Assembly: GCA_963789265.1 (NCBI GenBank)
Contig: CAWBKB010000001.1
Coordinates: 1,440,001 to 1,504,000 of the forward strand
DNA: 64,000 nt
Reading direction: 5' to 3'
Origin: an uncultured delta proteobacterium
GTDB taxonomy: Bacteria; Desulfobacterota; Desulfomonilia; Desulfomonilales; Desulfomonilaceae
In this document: positions 1 to 10,932 of the stretch, piece by piece
How positions within the stretch are numbered: the stretch's first letter is position 1
Layout: each line of letters begins with the position of its first letter
Position numbers and translations under genes: made by a program
Notes under the pieces: model-generated
The model's database searches: none
What the model was told of the DNA's origin: nothing
What the model saw: the letters and a program-made list of their open reading frames with translations, nothing else

Positions 1-771
1 GTTATCCCTTTCAAGGAAGCACAGCAACAGGGGCAACAGTTGCAGATATTCGAGAGGTGCTTAACGTTTGCTCCGGCGTGAACCAGGCCGGCTCTGTCGG
101 CTTCATGGAGGATTTCTATAGCTTCCTCAGGCGTGATCTCCCGCCCTATGCCGTTTTCAATATAGGTACTCGGCAGCGACCCCGAAACTGAGACACGTTT
201 CGATGGGATGATTACAACCTTCGCCGGTGAGATGCGCTTCTTTTCGGCAGATACAATCGGCAACCGCGATTTTCCGTGCCGCCTTGATGTCTTCCTTGAG
301 TTTCAGATATGGATAAAGGACTGTGCCAAAGTGAATATCTTCACCAATCGGGATGACTTTGAACCCTGGAACATTGCTCGCACCCATCTCCTCCATGTAG
401 GCGGTGTCGTAATACTCCTTGAAGAGCATAGCCAACTCTTTGTCGATCTTTTTCACAGAATACTCGTACAGGCCGATCATGAAGGGAGGAACGTTGTACG
501 ACGTCTTGCCGCCACGCCGAATCCTGAACAGCAGTCCTCTGCGTGACATGGATTCCAATTTTTCCGTAAGTTCTTTTTCGTCCAGCCCTGTGCGCTTCGC
601 GATTTGACTTATCTCCTCCGGAAAGGGCATCAGTGAAACCACAAGCTCAGCCTCTTCTTCCGTAAAGAGTCTCTTCAATATTTTCAGTCCAACCCCGGAA
701 CTTGTTTCCGGAAACCCCAGCGGAAACTTGTCCAGGAACGAGCGCAACTTCATGTAAGGACTATCGGACAT
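1..771 (-). CDS. 4Fe-4S/ferredoxin-domain protein with N-terminal HTH-like region; +1 frameshift at ~165, runs off the left edge
   Basis: CICR..C..PIETCLSFG motif. Removing one base at 165-166 continues the frame as YYIENGIGREITPEEA...LVHAGANVKHLSNICNCCPCCC. Likely start ATG 771. Confidence 0.75.
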
Positions 772-965
772 TGATCGGTACCTCGTCTTTTTAGAATACA
801 CGAGAACTATTCCGCAACCAACCCTTTCAGGGATTTTATTAACTTCAATCGGACAAGACTTTTGGCAATGGGTATAATGCTGAGTCAATAGAGGAATTAC
901 GATGGCTGGATCTTACCCAGGAATTAAGAAAAGGACCTGCTTTGCGCCGGATCCTCCGGAATTTT

Positions 966-1012
966 ATGGTGCCGAGGGGCGGAATCGAACCACCGACACA
1001 AGGATTTTCAGA
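966..1012 (-). repeat. 3' half of tRNA-Phe(GAA), att-site copy 1 (not an intact tRNA)
   Basis: Minus strand reads CTGAAAATCCTTGTGTCGGTGGTTCGATTCCGCCCCTCGGCACCA (anticodon loop, T arm, acceptor, CCA). No D arm or 5' half beyond 1012. Identical to 21307-21353. Confidence 0.92.
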
Positions 1013-1108
1013 TTAAGTGACAAAGACCGAAACTAAATAATATCAAGCGCTTCTTTTGTGACACCCGTTGCCATGTTCCACCACAAACCAGGACGTTACA
1101 CAACCCAA

Positions 1109-1126
1109 TGGCACAAAATTGGCACA
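1109..1126 (+). repeat. Putative integrase arm-type binding repeats
   Basis: TGGCACAAAATTGGCACA matches TGGCACAAATCCGGCACA at 21221-21238 at 15/18 positions. Confidence 0.6.
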
Positions 1127-1453
1127 GGGCCAGTAATCGTACCAGCTATAAGTGAACTCCTTGAAAAGAAAGGCTAGCTGTCTGCTTTCCTGAAGAACGG
1201 CGGCGTGACACGCCGGAGGTCCATGTAATGATATCAACATGTGACGTGATATCACACCCGATTCAAGTCCAATTTGACCCCAAAAATGAACGATAAATGA
1301 AGAAAAGGGGCCCGCCGGGGGCCCTGTAATTTCATAGGATTTTGCTCTGTACGACCATAGCAAACGGCGGGTCTGGAGCATGCCGCTTGACCTGTATTTT
1401 ACCCTGTAGCTGATGAATATTTATGAGAATGTGGCGGATTTCTGCCTGCCATC

Positions 1454-1558
1454 CTTTTGCGGCAGTTTCTTCTTCTGTATTAACAAGGTGTTCAAGCCGC
1501 TTTCCGCGCAACGCTTGGCTACCACGGAACCGTCGCGTCCTCCTCCCACCACAATGAA
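1454..1558 (-). pseudogene. Degenerate N-terminal FAD-binding fragment (geranylgeranyl-reductase-like)
   Basis: Translates as FIVVGGGRDGSVVAKRCAESGLNTLLIQKKKLPQK, a decayed GxGxxG Rossmann start; no continuation. Confidence 0.55.
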
Positions 1559-1753
1559 ACCGAAAGACGGAGAATTATCCACCTGGAGGCACGTTCCTTG
1601 ATTTAGGTGCTTGGCTTGAGAAAAGAAGTTGCCTTGCGCTGCACCATTAAATGCGATGTACGACCTGATGACTTAAATCTTGGAGCATTGCCTTGGCAAA
1701 AAAACGCCAAGAAATTGTGGGAAATCGGCTAAACTTGTTCCGGTAACTGCACA

Positions 1754-2896
1754 CTAGCTGGCCGCTATCGCACGAACTGCTGAAAGCGCGGCAGAGACAT
1801 CTTCAGCCGAGTTCAACGGTCCAAAGCTAAAGCGCACTGCTCCTCGTGGGCTGATCCCAAGATCCTCATGCACCAATGGAGCACAATGAAGGCCGCTCCG
1901 CGTGGCAATGTTGAAGTCGCCATCCAGGATGGCCGCGAAATCTTCCGGGTCGACATTTTTCACATTGCACGTAAGTAGCCCAATATGACGGTCCAGCCTC
2001 TCCGCGCAATACATCTTCACGTTCTTCATAGCGGAGAGACCGTCTCGGAGGGTTTGCACGAGCGCCATCTCGTGGTTGTAGATGCTAGCCATACCGCGCT
2101 GAGCAAGGTATCGCAATCCTGCGGACAGCCCGATGATTCCCATGACATTAAGGGTACCGGCTTCGAGCCGATCGGGATAAGCCTCAGGGTGTGCAGTCTG
2201 CCAAGAATCGGAACCGGTTCCGCCGAATCTCGTGGCTCGGATGTCGATTTCGTCCCGGAGTACGAGGCCGCCGATCCCTGTGGGCCCCATCAAGGACTTG
2301 TGACCTGTGAACGCAACTACGCTGACATGCATATCTCGCATGTTAATGGGCACGACGCCGGCACTTTGGGACACATCGAGAATGAACGGAATTTCCATCT
2401 CGGTACACATTCGGCCGACTTCCTGGACAGGCTGGATCGTTCCAAGGACGTTGGACACGTGGTTGAGAATTACGAACTTGGTTGAGGGTTTGATGAGCTT
2501 AGCCACGTCCTGTGGGTCTATAAAGCCGTGCCTGTCAAAAGGAATCAGGTCAAAGGTAACCAATCCCATTTCGCGCAAGTGATAGAGAGGCCTGAGGACT
2601 GAATTATGCTCCAGTCTCGAACTCACTACGTGGCATCCCGGTTCGATCAGCCCGAGGATAATAGTGTTGAGAGCATCGGTGGCGTTGCACGCGAAAACCA
2701 CGCGGTCGGCGCTGTCACCTCCGAAAAAGTCGGCGATTTGGTGTCGAACGTCCTGCACGTAGCGCTCGCACTGAACAGCCAAGTCGTAGCTGCCGCGGCC
2801 CGGAGAAACGCCCAACCGAGCATAGGTCTCAAACATTTCCTGAAGGACCAGGGAAGGCTTCGGGAAAGTTGTAGCTGCATTGTCCAGGTAAGTCAT
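1754..2896 (-). CDS. Cysteine desulfurase family (class V PLP aminotransferase)
   Basis: YLDNAATT, EHNS, FTGHK (PLP Lys) and RSGLHCA (catalytic Cys). Confidence 0.92.
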   Translation of the reverse strand: MTYLDNAATTFPKPSLVLQEMFETYARLGVSPGRGSYDLAVQCERYVQDVRHQIADFFGGDSADRVVFACNATDALNTIILGLIEPGCHVVSSRLEHNSVLRPLYHLREMGLVTFDLIPFDRHGFIDPQDVAKLIKPSTKFVILNHVSNVLGTIQPVQEVGRMCTEMEIPFILDVSQSAGVVPINMRDMHVSVVAFTGHKSLMGPTGIGGLVLRDEIDIRATRFGGTGSDSWQTAHPEAYPDRLEAGTLNVMGIIGLSAGLRYLAQRGMASIYNHEMALVQTLRDGLSAMKNVKMYCAERLDRHIGLLTCNVKNVDPEDFAAILDGDFNIATRSGLHCAPLVHEDLGISPRGAVRFSFGPLNSAEDVSAALSAVRAIAAS

Positions 2897-2922
2897 TGAC
2901 GAGCCAAGAAATTATTCGATCA

Positions 2923-3270
2923 TCAGCAACTTTTGGGGTTAGGCAATCCGGCCAGACGCCGTGCGCCATGCCGGATGCCTCCGGGAAATAGGCGCTCAAG
3001 TTCGAGTAAGCTCAAGCCGGTCTGTTTCCTGATGTCTCGATTTAGTGGGGCCCGGCCGTTGGCAAAATAAAAGCTGCGCAGGAAATGAATCATTTCCCAT
3101 TGGCTGTCAGTAAGTGATTGAAGTCCGGTTTCCGTGGCAAGAGCCTCAGCAATTGGCTCTGTCCAGCTTTCCGGATTGATGAGAAATCCTTCTTCATCGA
3201 AAAGGACTTCCTTGCCATCGATCACCCTGATCGCTTGATTGTGGGCCTGCTTGGAGGCTTTGCTCTCCAT
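2923..3270 (-). CDS. TusE/DsrC-family sulfur relay protein (single C-terminal Cys)
   Basis: FDEEGFL..PESW, LFPGG and AGLPNPKSC C-terminus; ATG 3270 follows the oxidoreductase stop. Confidence 0.88.
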   Translation of the reverse strand: MESKASKQAHNQAIRVIDGKEVLFDEEGFLINPESWTEPIAEALATETGLQSLTDSQWEMIHFLRSFYFANGRAPLNRDIRKQTGLSLLELERLFPGGIRHGARRLAGLPNPKSC

Positions 3271-3275
3271 CGACG

Positions 3276-5943
3276 TCAGCTCGGCGCCTTTCCGTTGGTA
3301 ATGGACTGAAGCACTCTTTCCGGCGTGGCAGGAAGGTCGCAAATGCGTTCTCCGCCCGTGGCATCCTGTATCGCTGTAATGATCGCTGCTGCAGTGGGCA
3401 ACAATACAAATTCCCCCACTCCAACAGCGCCTAGCGTGCCCTTCTTGCGAGGCGTTTGGAGCAACAAGACCTCACTGTCAAAAGAGGTTTTCATCGTGGG
3501 GAATTTACTGGTAATCCAGTCTTTGGTCCTGCCGTGAACATACTCCTCACGAAGGGCCATTCCAGCGCCCATGTCCAGGCCGCCTTCTACCTGGCCTTCC
3601 ACCACACGAGGATTAATAACTGTTCCTGCATCCACAACCGCGGTCATCTTCAGTATGCGCACCTTTCCGCCCTGGGTATCCACCTCGACTTCAGCCATTT
3701 GCGCTCCGTGCACTCGAGACTCGAAAGGAGACCCCTGACCTGTTTTGGGGTCCATCAGGGTGGCGTCCTGCACTCTTGTTCCAAGATAACGAGTTGGTTT
3801 GCCGGCTGCCACCATTTCATCGTAACTTTTTGCACCGATTTCGGCCATGGCCTCCTTCAGGGCTTCTATCGCTTTCACCATCGCACCCCCGGCCATGTAA
3901 GTGATCCGACTGCCCGAAGCGGAACTTGCGTCTGGAGTGGTGTCTGTGTCTCGAGTGACCAGCCGAATCTTATGGGTCGGTAAGTCCATAAGGTGAGCGG
4001 CAATTTGAGTCAGCATGGCGTCGTTGCCCTCGCCTGGATCGGATACGGAGCCGTAAACTGTCAGACCTCCGTCCGGCATCAGCTCTACTGCCACATTGGA
4101 CCTGTCGGCTCCGCCTCTGCCAATGCCAAAGCTGCCACCGGCTATGCCCACGCCATGCCTGTATCTGCCCTGTTTAAACTCGGCGGCTTTTCGACAGGCT
4201 TCCACGTAGCGCGGTCTCAAGGCTTCAAGGCATCCTTGATACGGCCATTCTTCTATTACCTGCCCTGTTGAGATGGATTCCCCAGGTTTGAGCGAATTGA
4301 TCAGGCGAAACTCCAATGCATCCATTCCCAGCCTGCGTGACATAAGCTCCATTGCCGATTCCAGGGCGAAATTCACCTGAGGGGGTCCGGCCCCGCGAGC
4401 GGCTCCGCCCCAGGCCCCGTTCGTGTAGACTAGACTAGCCAAGGCTTTTACATTGGGGATGTTGTAAGAGCCACTTAGCATGTACAAGGACCTGAGCACG
4501 ATGGTTTTGCCGATGGACATGTGTGCCCCGTTGTCGACAGTGAAGTCGATAGCGTAAGCGGTGAGTTTCCCTTCCCGATTAGCCCCCAGTTTCACTTTCA
4601 TCTTGAATGGATGACGTTTGGTAGTAATCCACATAGATTCGGTAAGGCTACAGACGTAGCGCACAGGCCTCTCGAAATGCAACGCGGCTGCTGCAGCCAA
4701 GCCTTCTGCCGTGATGTCGATCTTGATACCAAACTGGCCGCCGATAAAGGCCTGTTCGTACCGCATGTTCTCCCATCCAAGCGCCTCTTGGAGAACCATT
4801 AGATGATGATGGATGTTTATGCTTCTGCCCACCACCACAAGTTTCGGTTCGTCTTCCTCTTCGCTGGTTTCAAGATAAGCGAGGGCGGCTTCGGGTTCCA
4901 TGGGGGACTGATGAATCAGTTGCGTGTTGAACTCCGCTTCCACCACCTCATCCGACTCGGCGAGGGCCGTGTCAGCATCGCCTTTTATCTGTGGATGAAC
5001 AAAACAGAGGTTAGGTATCTGCTCATGGAGTTGAATGCAACCTTCGGCAAGCGCTTGGTCAGTTGTTTCAACGATAGGTAAAGGTTCGTAACCCACGACC
5101 ACTGCTTCAGCCGCGGCCCGAGCTTGCTCTCGGGTTTCAGCAATTACCAGTGCTACGGCATCTCCCATCACATGGACTTTCTTGTCGCAAAGTAGGGGTT
5201 GATCGGTTTGCAGGCGATTGGAACCCTTGATGTGCTCCGCGGTCATCACGCCCACGACCCCTGCCATCTTCTCGGCTACGGAGCTATCTATTGATTTGAT
5301 GAATCCGTGGGAGCAGGGACTTCTCACCGCAGCCAATTCCAGGACCCCTTCCATCCGTATGTCTGCTGTAAACTTCGCCTCTCCACAGGCTAGCGCAAAA
5401 GCGTTTGGTCGGGGAAGAGGAACCCCAATAAGGCCGGCGCTGGAATCCGGCCGAACCGCTTCGGGCGTCTTCTGACCGCTCAAAAAGGCTGCAGCCAGAT
5501 GCACAGCCTCGATTATCTTCTTGTAACCCGTGCAGCGACAAAGGTTGCGATGCAGGGTTTCCATTATTAGCTTCGTGTCAGGGTGAGGGTTGCGGTCCAG
5601 CAACGCCTTGGTCGCCATGATCATGCCAGGCGTGCAAAAACCGCACTGCACAGCGCCAGCCAACACGAATGCCTCTTGGATGAGGTGCGGATTCTCGGGA
5701 GTACCCGAGACCTTCAATCGAGATGACTTCGGCTCCTTCCAAATCTGCAATCTTGGTGAGACACGAACGAACCGCCTTGCCGTTTACAAGAACTGTACAC
5801 GCACCGCATTGGCCTTTGCGGTCGCAGGATTGCTTGGTGCCGGTCAGGGACAAGTCTTGACGGAGTAGATCCAAGAGAACACGCCCGTCATCTGCGTCCA
5901 CTTTGCGCAAAATTCCGTTGACAGTTAGCCTGATGGTGCTCAT
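3276..5943 (-). CDS. Molybdopterin aldehyde oxidoreductase (Mop/xanthine dehydrogenase family, 2x[2Fe-2S] + Mo domains); +1 frameshift at ~5705
   Basis: GTKQSC..GQCGACTV in ORF 5578-6030 joins QCGFCTPG...NLCRCTGY, GGQFG and GVGE in ORF 3276-5750 when one G is removed. Confidence 0.9.
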
Positions 5944-5983
5944 AGACATTTCCTCGATCCCACGTTCGTAACTAAATTTTGTA

Positions 5984-7093
5984 TCACAACAGAGGGATTT
6001 CCATTCCTCTGACAATTTTTCGGAAGTCATCGAATTCGACGCATTTCACAGCCTGTTTGGCGATTCTGCGCAAACACTTGTTGCATGAGGTACACTTCGC
6101 GGTCCGGCGGTCAGGACCCTGTAAGAGGCGCTCGGGGAAGTCGGGCTCGCAAATCACAGGTCTGCACACACCTATCAGATCAATTCCGCTTTTCAAGAGG
6201 TGTTCCATGACGCTCAGGGTACGAATCCCGCCGGTGAGCGCCAGAGGCGTATCGCCCGCTGCCGTCCTGAACGCGGTGATAGCGCCTTCAAAATAGGCTT
6301 CGCGGTCTCCAGCTTCCTTTTTGAGGCGAGCCCGAAGTGAGATCTGTTCCTTAATACCTCCGCTCATCTCAATAAGATCCACTCCGGCGTCCCTTAGTTT
6401 CTTCGCTACAAGCGCGTATTCCTCAGTGTCAGCGCCATCTTCGATGTAGTCTGCGGTGTTCAGCTTCCACAAGATGGGGAAATCTTCTCCGACTCTGCTG
6501 CGGATAGAATGGTACACTTCGATCGCAAATCGGGCCCGGTTTTCCGGGCTGCCTCCCCATCTGTCGTGCCGCTTGTTGATTGCGGGAGAAAGGAACTGGC
6601 TCACAAGATAGCCGTGGGCCCCATGCACCTGGACCGCATCAAAGCCGGCCTCTTTGACCCTGCGAGCAGCTTCGCCGTACATCAGGATCAGATCTTGGAT
6701 TCTGTCGTCTGTAAGACTTTCAAGCGACTCGGCTCCGGAAGCCGCGCCGTAAGAATAGCCGGGGCCGGCTGATCCTTGATGCGAGATCTGGACTGCGCAT
6801 TTGCAGCCTTCGCGGTGCGTGTGCATGATTCCGGATAATGCGCTCAAGCCCTCTACGAAAGAGTCATCCCAGATCCCCAATTGGTGTTCCCAGGACCTGC
6901 CTCGATCTTCTATCGAGGCACACCCGGTTATGATCAAGCCCGCGCCTCCCCACGCGATGTTGTAATAGAGCTTCAGGAGGTCATCGGTGACGCGGCCATC
7001 GGTATCTGCCATATATTCCATGGTGGCGGACCTGAGAAGCCTGTTTGTCACTAACAACGAACCGACCTGACAGGGTGTCCCAATGCCTATCAT
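5984..7093 (-). CDS. NADH:flavin oxidoreductase (Old Yellow Enzyme family) with C-terminal CxxCxxC
   Basis: GFDAVQVHGAHGYLVSQFLSP..N.R.D.WGGS.ENR; CTSCNKC. Confidence 0.9.
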   Translation of the reverse strand: MIGIGTPCQVGSLLVTNRLLRSATMEYMADTDGRVTDDLLKLYYNIAWGGAGLIITGCASIEDRGRSWEHQLGIWDDSFVEGLSALSGIMHTHREGCKCAVQISHQGSAGPGYSYGAASGAESLESLTDDRIQDLILMYGEAARRVKEAGFDAVQVHGAHGYLVSQFLSPAINKRHDRWGGSPENRARFAIEVYHSIRSRVGEDFPILWKLNTADYIEDGADTEEYALVAKKLRDAGVDLIEMSGGIKEQISLRARLKKEAGDREAYFEGAITAFRTAAGDTPLALTGGIRTLSVMEHLLKSGIDLIGVCRPVICEPDFPERLLQGPDRRTAKCTSCNKCLRRIAKQAVKCVEFDDFRKIVRGMEIPLL

Positions 7094-7152
7094 GTTGTCT
7101 CCCAAGAGTCATCGGCAGAGATACCCGCGCACTGCCGGCGGTTCCACCTCTG

Positions 7153-8493
7153 TCAGCCGAGAGATTCCGCTATGAAGGCCGTGGTGAACTCACCTTTAGC
7201 GAACTTCGGGTGGTCGAGAATCTTGACGTTGGCCGCAATAGTGGTCTTGATCCCCTCTATCTGGAATTGGTTCAACGCTTTGGTCAAGCGCTTTCTAGAT
7301 TCATCTCTGTCTGTCCCCCATGCGATGACCTTTGCCAACAACGGGTCATAGTAAGGCGGCACCGAGCCGTTTTCTTCCAGTGCGTGGTCAATTCTCACAT
7401 GATCTCCCCCGTCGGGCAAAATCAAGCGGGTGATGCGGCCTGGCGATGGAAGAAACGTCTCGGGATCTTCAGCGTAGACCCGAGCCTCTATGGCATGGCC
7501 GCGCAATCGGACGTCCTCTTGCCTAAATGCAAGTTTCTGTCCCGACGCGATTTCCAATTGAGACTTCACGATATCAATGTCGGTCAACATCTCTGATACA
7601 CCATGCTCCACCTGTAGCCTGGCATTGACTTCCATGAAGTAGTAATGCCCGTCCTCGTCTCGTAGCCCTTCTAATGTGCCCGCGCCGTGGTAGTTCATCC
7701 TACTCACCAATCGCCTTGAGTAGTCGAAAAGCATTTCCCGGTCTTGAGCAGTCACAACGTTAGAGGGCGCTTCCTCGATGATTTTCTGGTGTCGGCGTTG
7801 GATGGAACACTCGCGTTCGCCGAGCAGGACGCAGTTGCCGTAATTGTCGGCAACGAATTGTATTTCGATATGCCTGGGCCTGGAAACCACCTCTTCTATG
7901 TAACAGGCCGACGATCCGAAGGCCATGTTTCCTATGCTGCAGGCCCGTTGGAATATTGTCTCTACTTGATCTTCCGAATCGACTCTCTCAATCCCTTTGC
8001 CGCCACCGCCTTTGTCCAGTTTGAGGAACAGCGGATAGCCATGCTCACGGCCGAACGCGATGACCTCTTGCGGATCGTGCACAGGGTCAAGGGTACCGGG
8101 GATAAACGGAACACCGACGCTGTCAGCAAGATGCCTGCAATAACACTTGGAGCTTATAGACTTCATGACCGCCGGGCCGGGCCCTACCCAGACGAGTCCA
8201 GCGTCCACCACTGCTTGGGCGAATATGGCTCGTTCCGAAAGAAAGCCATATCCAGGATGCACGGCATCGGCGCCTGTCGTTCGCGCCGCCCCAATGATGG
8301 CATCGATGTTGAGGTAGCTGTGCAAAGGATTAGAGGGACCAATCGGAACAGACTCATCCGCAGTCCGCACGTAGGCCGCGCCTCGGTCAGCCTCGGAATA
8401 AACCGCAACGGTGGCTATGCCCATCTCTCTACAAGTCCGAGTAATTCTGGCGACTATTTCCCCCCGATTGGCGATGAGCAGCTTCTTCATCAT
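7153..8493 (-). CDS. Biotin carboxylase (ATP-grasp)
   Basis: LIANRGEI, HPGYGFLSE, GGGGKG, ERECSIQRRHQK, FMEVNARLQVEH. Confidence 0.95.
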   Translation of the reverse strand: MMKKLLIANRGEIVARITRTCREMGIATVAVYSEADRGAAYVRTADESVPIGPSNPLHSYLNIDAIIGAARTTGADAVHPGYGFLSERAIFAQAVVDAGLVWVGPGPAVMKSISSKCYCRHLADSVGVPFIPGTLDPVHDPQEVIAFGREHGYPLFLKLDKGGGGKGIERVDSEDQVETIFQRACSIGNMAFGSSACYIEEVVSRPRHIEIQFVADNYGNCVLLGERECSIQRRHQKIIEEAPSNVVTAQDREMLFDYSRRLVSRMNYHGAGTLEGLRDEDGHYYFMEVNARLQVEHGVSEMLTDIDIVKSQLEIASGQKLAFRQEDVRLRGHAIEARVYAEDPETFLPSPGRITRLILPDGGDHVRIDHALEENGSVPPYYDPLLAKVIAWGTDRDESRKRLTKALNQFQIEGIKTTIAANVKILDHPKFAKGEFTTAFIAESLG

Positions 8494-8496
8494 CGG

Positions 8497-8727
8497 CTAG
8501 TCTCCGTCAACCACTTCGAGGATGACCATCGGCGTTCCTACATCCAGTTCGTCCCATTCTTTGGACAGCACCTTCGCGACAGTGCCATCCCATTCAGACG
8601 TAACCGATATTTCCGTTTTCATGCAATTGATAACCGCAACCTCTTGGCCTTTAGTGACCTTATCTCCTTCACTGACGACAACTCGGGCACAGAGCCCTGG
8701 AACAGCAGCATCCACGCTTCTTTCCAT
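8497..8727 (-). CDS. Stand-alone biotin carboxyl carrier protein
   Basis: 76-aa biotinyl fold with CMKT in place of the usual AMKM motif. Confidence 0.85.
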   Translation of the reverse strand: MERSVDAAVPGLCARVVVSEGDKVTKGQEVAVINCMKTEISVTSEWDGTVAKVLSKEWDELDVGTPMVILEVVDGD

Positions 8728-8854
8728 AACGGAGTTCCTTTCTGGATGTCAGGACGGTGCACTTCCTCGAGAAAACGTCTCCCGTCTCCTGGATTAAAGC
8801 CCATTGCTTCGTAAAAACCGTTACAACTCGAAAGTGGTGACCTTTTAGTCGCCG

Positions 8855-9838
8855 TCAGGCCATAGCTTCTTCCACGAAAAGCTTATTCTGGTCGACACGC
8901 GCCTGAGTAGCCTCTTCCTGCGTACACACAGCAAACTTGATGAAGTCTCTAGCTGGTGCCCCTTGACCAATCTGCCACAGGTCAGCATTGATCACACTTA
9001 GCGCGCACATATATCCGCCCAGAGTAGGGCCGTCGGCAATCAGCAGTACCGGTGTATTGCCACAAATGTTCAAGGCTCCACGCATGGCGTAGCCGTGATC
9101 GATTATGTTGGATGGGTGGCTTCCGCCCACTCCGCCGTCAGGACGTGAGAAAAAGCTGTCTGGTAGGGCCTCAAGTCTATAAGCGGAGCGGTTGGACGTG
9201 TGCTGAATTTTGAATGAGTGACTGAACAGGTATTCCATGCCCTCATCGGTGGCATAATCGGGACAAGTGTTCGGTCCGGGTACGGCTCGCAAGGTCCATT
9301 CCTTGGAATATTTCGGGATCACTTCTTTCTTGAGTTTTCTGCCTAACAATTCTTTCAGGCCGCGTAATGGCTTCCCGAACTTCACGACATCTCCAGGCTG
9401 CAACTTCCGACCTTCAAATCCGCCGTAACTTCCGAATATGCAGGTGGACTTACTCCCAAGATAGGGTGGAACGTCGATGCCTCCAGCAATCCCGATGTAC
9501 CACCGAAAACCATACTTCCCGATATGTGAAAACTTGATTACATCCCCTTTGTGAACCTCGACCGTTTCCCACATGGATATGGCCTGATCGTTTATGGATG
9601 GGGGATTAGGCGTTCCGGCTACGGCAATTACCGTGTCGGCGCCGAATTCAGCCTGGAAAAAGCCGGCCGTAACTTCAAGACCAGCCTCGCCCACGGGATT
9701 GCCGACCAGGAGATTGGCATATCCCAGGGCCACGTTATCAAAAGCGCCGGAAGGAGCCATTCCCTTTCCCAGAAATCCGAGCCTTCCAGGCCAATCCTCC
9801 ACGAGCGTTTCAAGTCCACCGTGTAACACTTTAAGCAT
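8855..9838 (-). CDS. Carboxyltransferase subunit, AHS2/PxpC type (urea-carboxylase-like)
   Basis: PSGAFD..ANLLVGN, GSKST..GG.EGR.L..GD, DGPTLGGY; RBS AAGGAG before ATG 9838. Confidence 0.88.
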   Translation of the reverse strand: MLKVLHGGLETLVEDWPGRLGFLGKGMAPSGAFDNVALGYANLLVGNPVGEAGLEVTAGFFQAEFGADTVIAVAGTPNPPSINDQAISMWETVEVHKGDVIKFSHIGKYGFRWYIGIAGGIDVPPYLGSKSTCIFGSYGGFEGRKLQPGDVVKFGKPLRGLKELLGRKLKKEVIPKYSKEWTLRAVPGPNTCPDYATDEGMEYLFSHSFKIQHTSNRSAYRLEALPDSFFSRPDGGVGGSHPSNIIDHGYAMRGALNICGNTPVLLIADGPTLGGYMCALSVINADLWQIGQGAPARDFIKFAVCTQEEATQARVDQNKLFVEEAMA

Positions 9839-9861
9839 GTTCTTTGTCTCCTTTCGTGAGG

Positions 9862-10848
9862 TCACAGGCGGGGCGCCATTTTCAGGCCCTGTTCGCGCTT
9901 GGCGCTTAGTTCCTTGATTCCTTGCTGCACCTCAGCGGAGTTGTACCACGCCATGTAATCCTTCACGACGATTTTGCCCTGTTCGATCTTGTATTCATAA
10001 TCTGTCTTGTTGTGGACGTGTTCGAAGATGTTCAGGATTTCTTCTTCGGTAACCTCGTGAAAACGCACCCGGTCTGCTGGCCTATAAAGAAACGGCCCGT
10101 CTTTAAAAATCGGGTGCTTCTGGCTGAATTGGAATGTTGGGATGGTGCGGCCGAAAAGTTGGTAGCCTCCACCGGTGGGAGTGGTATAAGTGAAGACACA
10201 TGGCCCTCCTATGCCCGCGGCGCCTTCGGGAGTCCAGGTCCGGGGAGGATTGTACTTCGGCACCACCAATGCGCAGCGTGGATCCACCGGCCACAGGAAG
10301 GCCCCACCCGGCCAAAAGCCTCCGCCGCTATTGAACCATTCAGTGCCCAGGAACATGTTTTTCGCCTCCTCGACGGAGACCCCGTTACACATAGCTATGT
10401 ACTCCAGATTGTGTCCGTTTATGACATTGGGAGCGTCAGGCCGGACTTCCCGTAAATATTTGTCCACTGCTTTTCTCGTTTCAGAATCTTCAAAAGCAAG
10501 AGGCAAGTGAATGATTCTCGACTCCAGCACAACATCGTCGATAGTGGGCATGGAGTTTTCCGCTTCTTTAATCCGGTCAATGAGGTCAAATACCTTAAGT
10601 ACGGTGGGATCGAAGTGGAACAGGTTCGTTCTCAACCCCGGAACCGTTTCTACCAAGCCTCTGATCTTCTTGGAGTGGATGATGTCATTTACGGCCAGCA
10701 TACGGAACGAGTCCTGCAACGCCGCACGTTGCTCGTGACCATATTCCACCTGGATAAAGCCGTCGCCGGCTTGCCTGAACAGAACCTCAAGCCTGGATTC
10801 CGTCTCTGGCATGGTGTCCAGTATCACCGCAAATCGTTCTCGACTCAT
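9862..10848 (-). CDS. Carboxyltransferase subunit, AHS1/PxpB type (urea-carboxylase-like)
   Basis: PKYNPPRTWTPEGAAGIGG and GGYQLFGRT, as in urea carboxylase CT domains. Confidence 0.88.
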   Translation of the reverse strand: MSRERFAVILDTMPETESRLEVLFRQAGDGFIQVEYGHEQRAALQDSFRMLAVNDIIHSKKIRGLVETVPGLRTNLFHFDPTVLKVFDLIDRIKEAENSMPTIDDVVLESRIIHLPLAFEDSETRKAVDKYLREVRPDAPNVINGHNLEYIAMCNGVSVEEAKNMFLGTEWFNSGGGFWPGGAFLWPVDPRCALVVPKYNPPRTWTPEGAAGIGGPCVFTYTTPTGGGYQLFGRTIPTFQFSQKHPIFKDGPFLYRPADRVRFHEVTEEEILNIFEHVHNKTDYEYKIEQGKIVVKDYMAWYNSAEVQQGIKELSAKREQGLKMAPRL

Positions 10849-10932
10849 GTCTCCGTTCTCCCTTGGTTTTTGATGACTTGATGGACTGAATTAGGAGCAA
10901 CCCAACCAGCCGGTCTCCTGGAACCATGTCGA

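Noticed and set aside
966..1012. Functional tRNA-Phe gene (also 21307-21353)
   Set aside because: Only anticodon loop to CCA is present; no D arm or 5' acceptor strand.
2923..3270. True DsrC of dissimilatory sulfite reduction
   Set aside because: Only the terminal Cys is present and no dsr genes are nearby.
7744..8814. 356-aa plus-strand ORF and similar long shadow ORFs (13703-14395, 40912-41559, 43774-44421, 56964-57737)
   Set aside because: Antisense to well-supported genes; no recognisable motifs.
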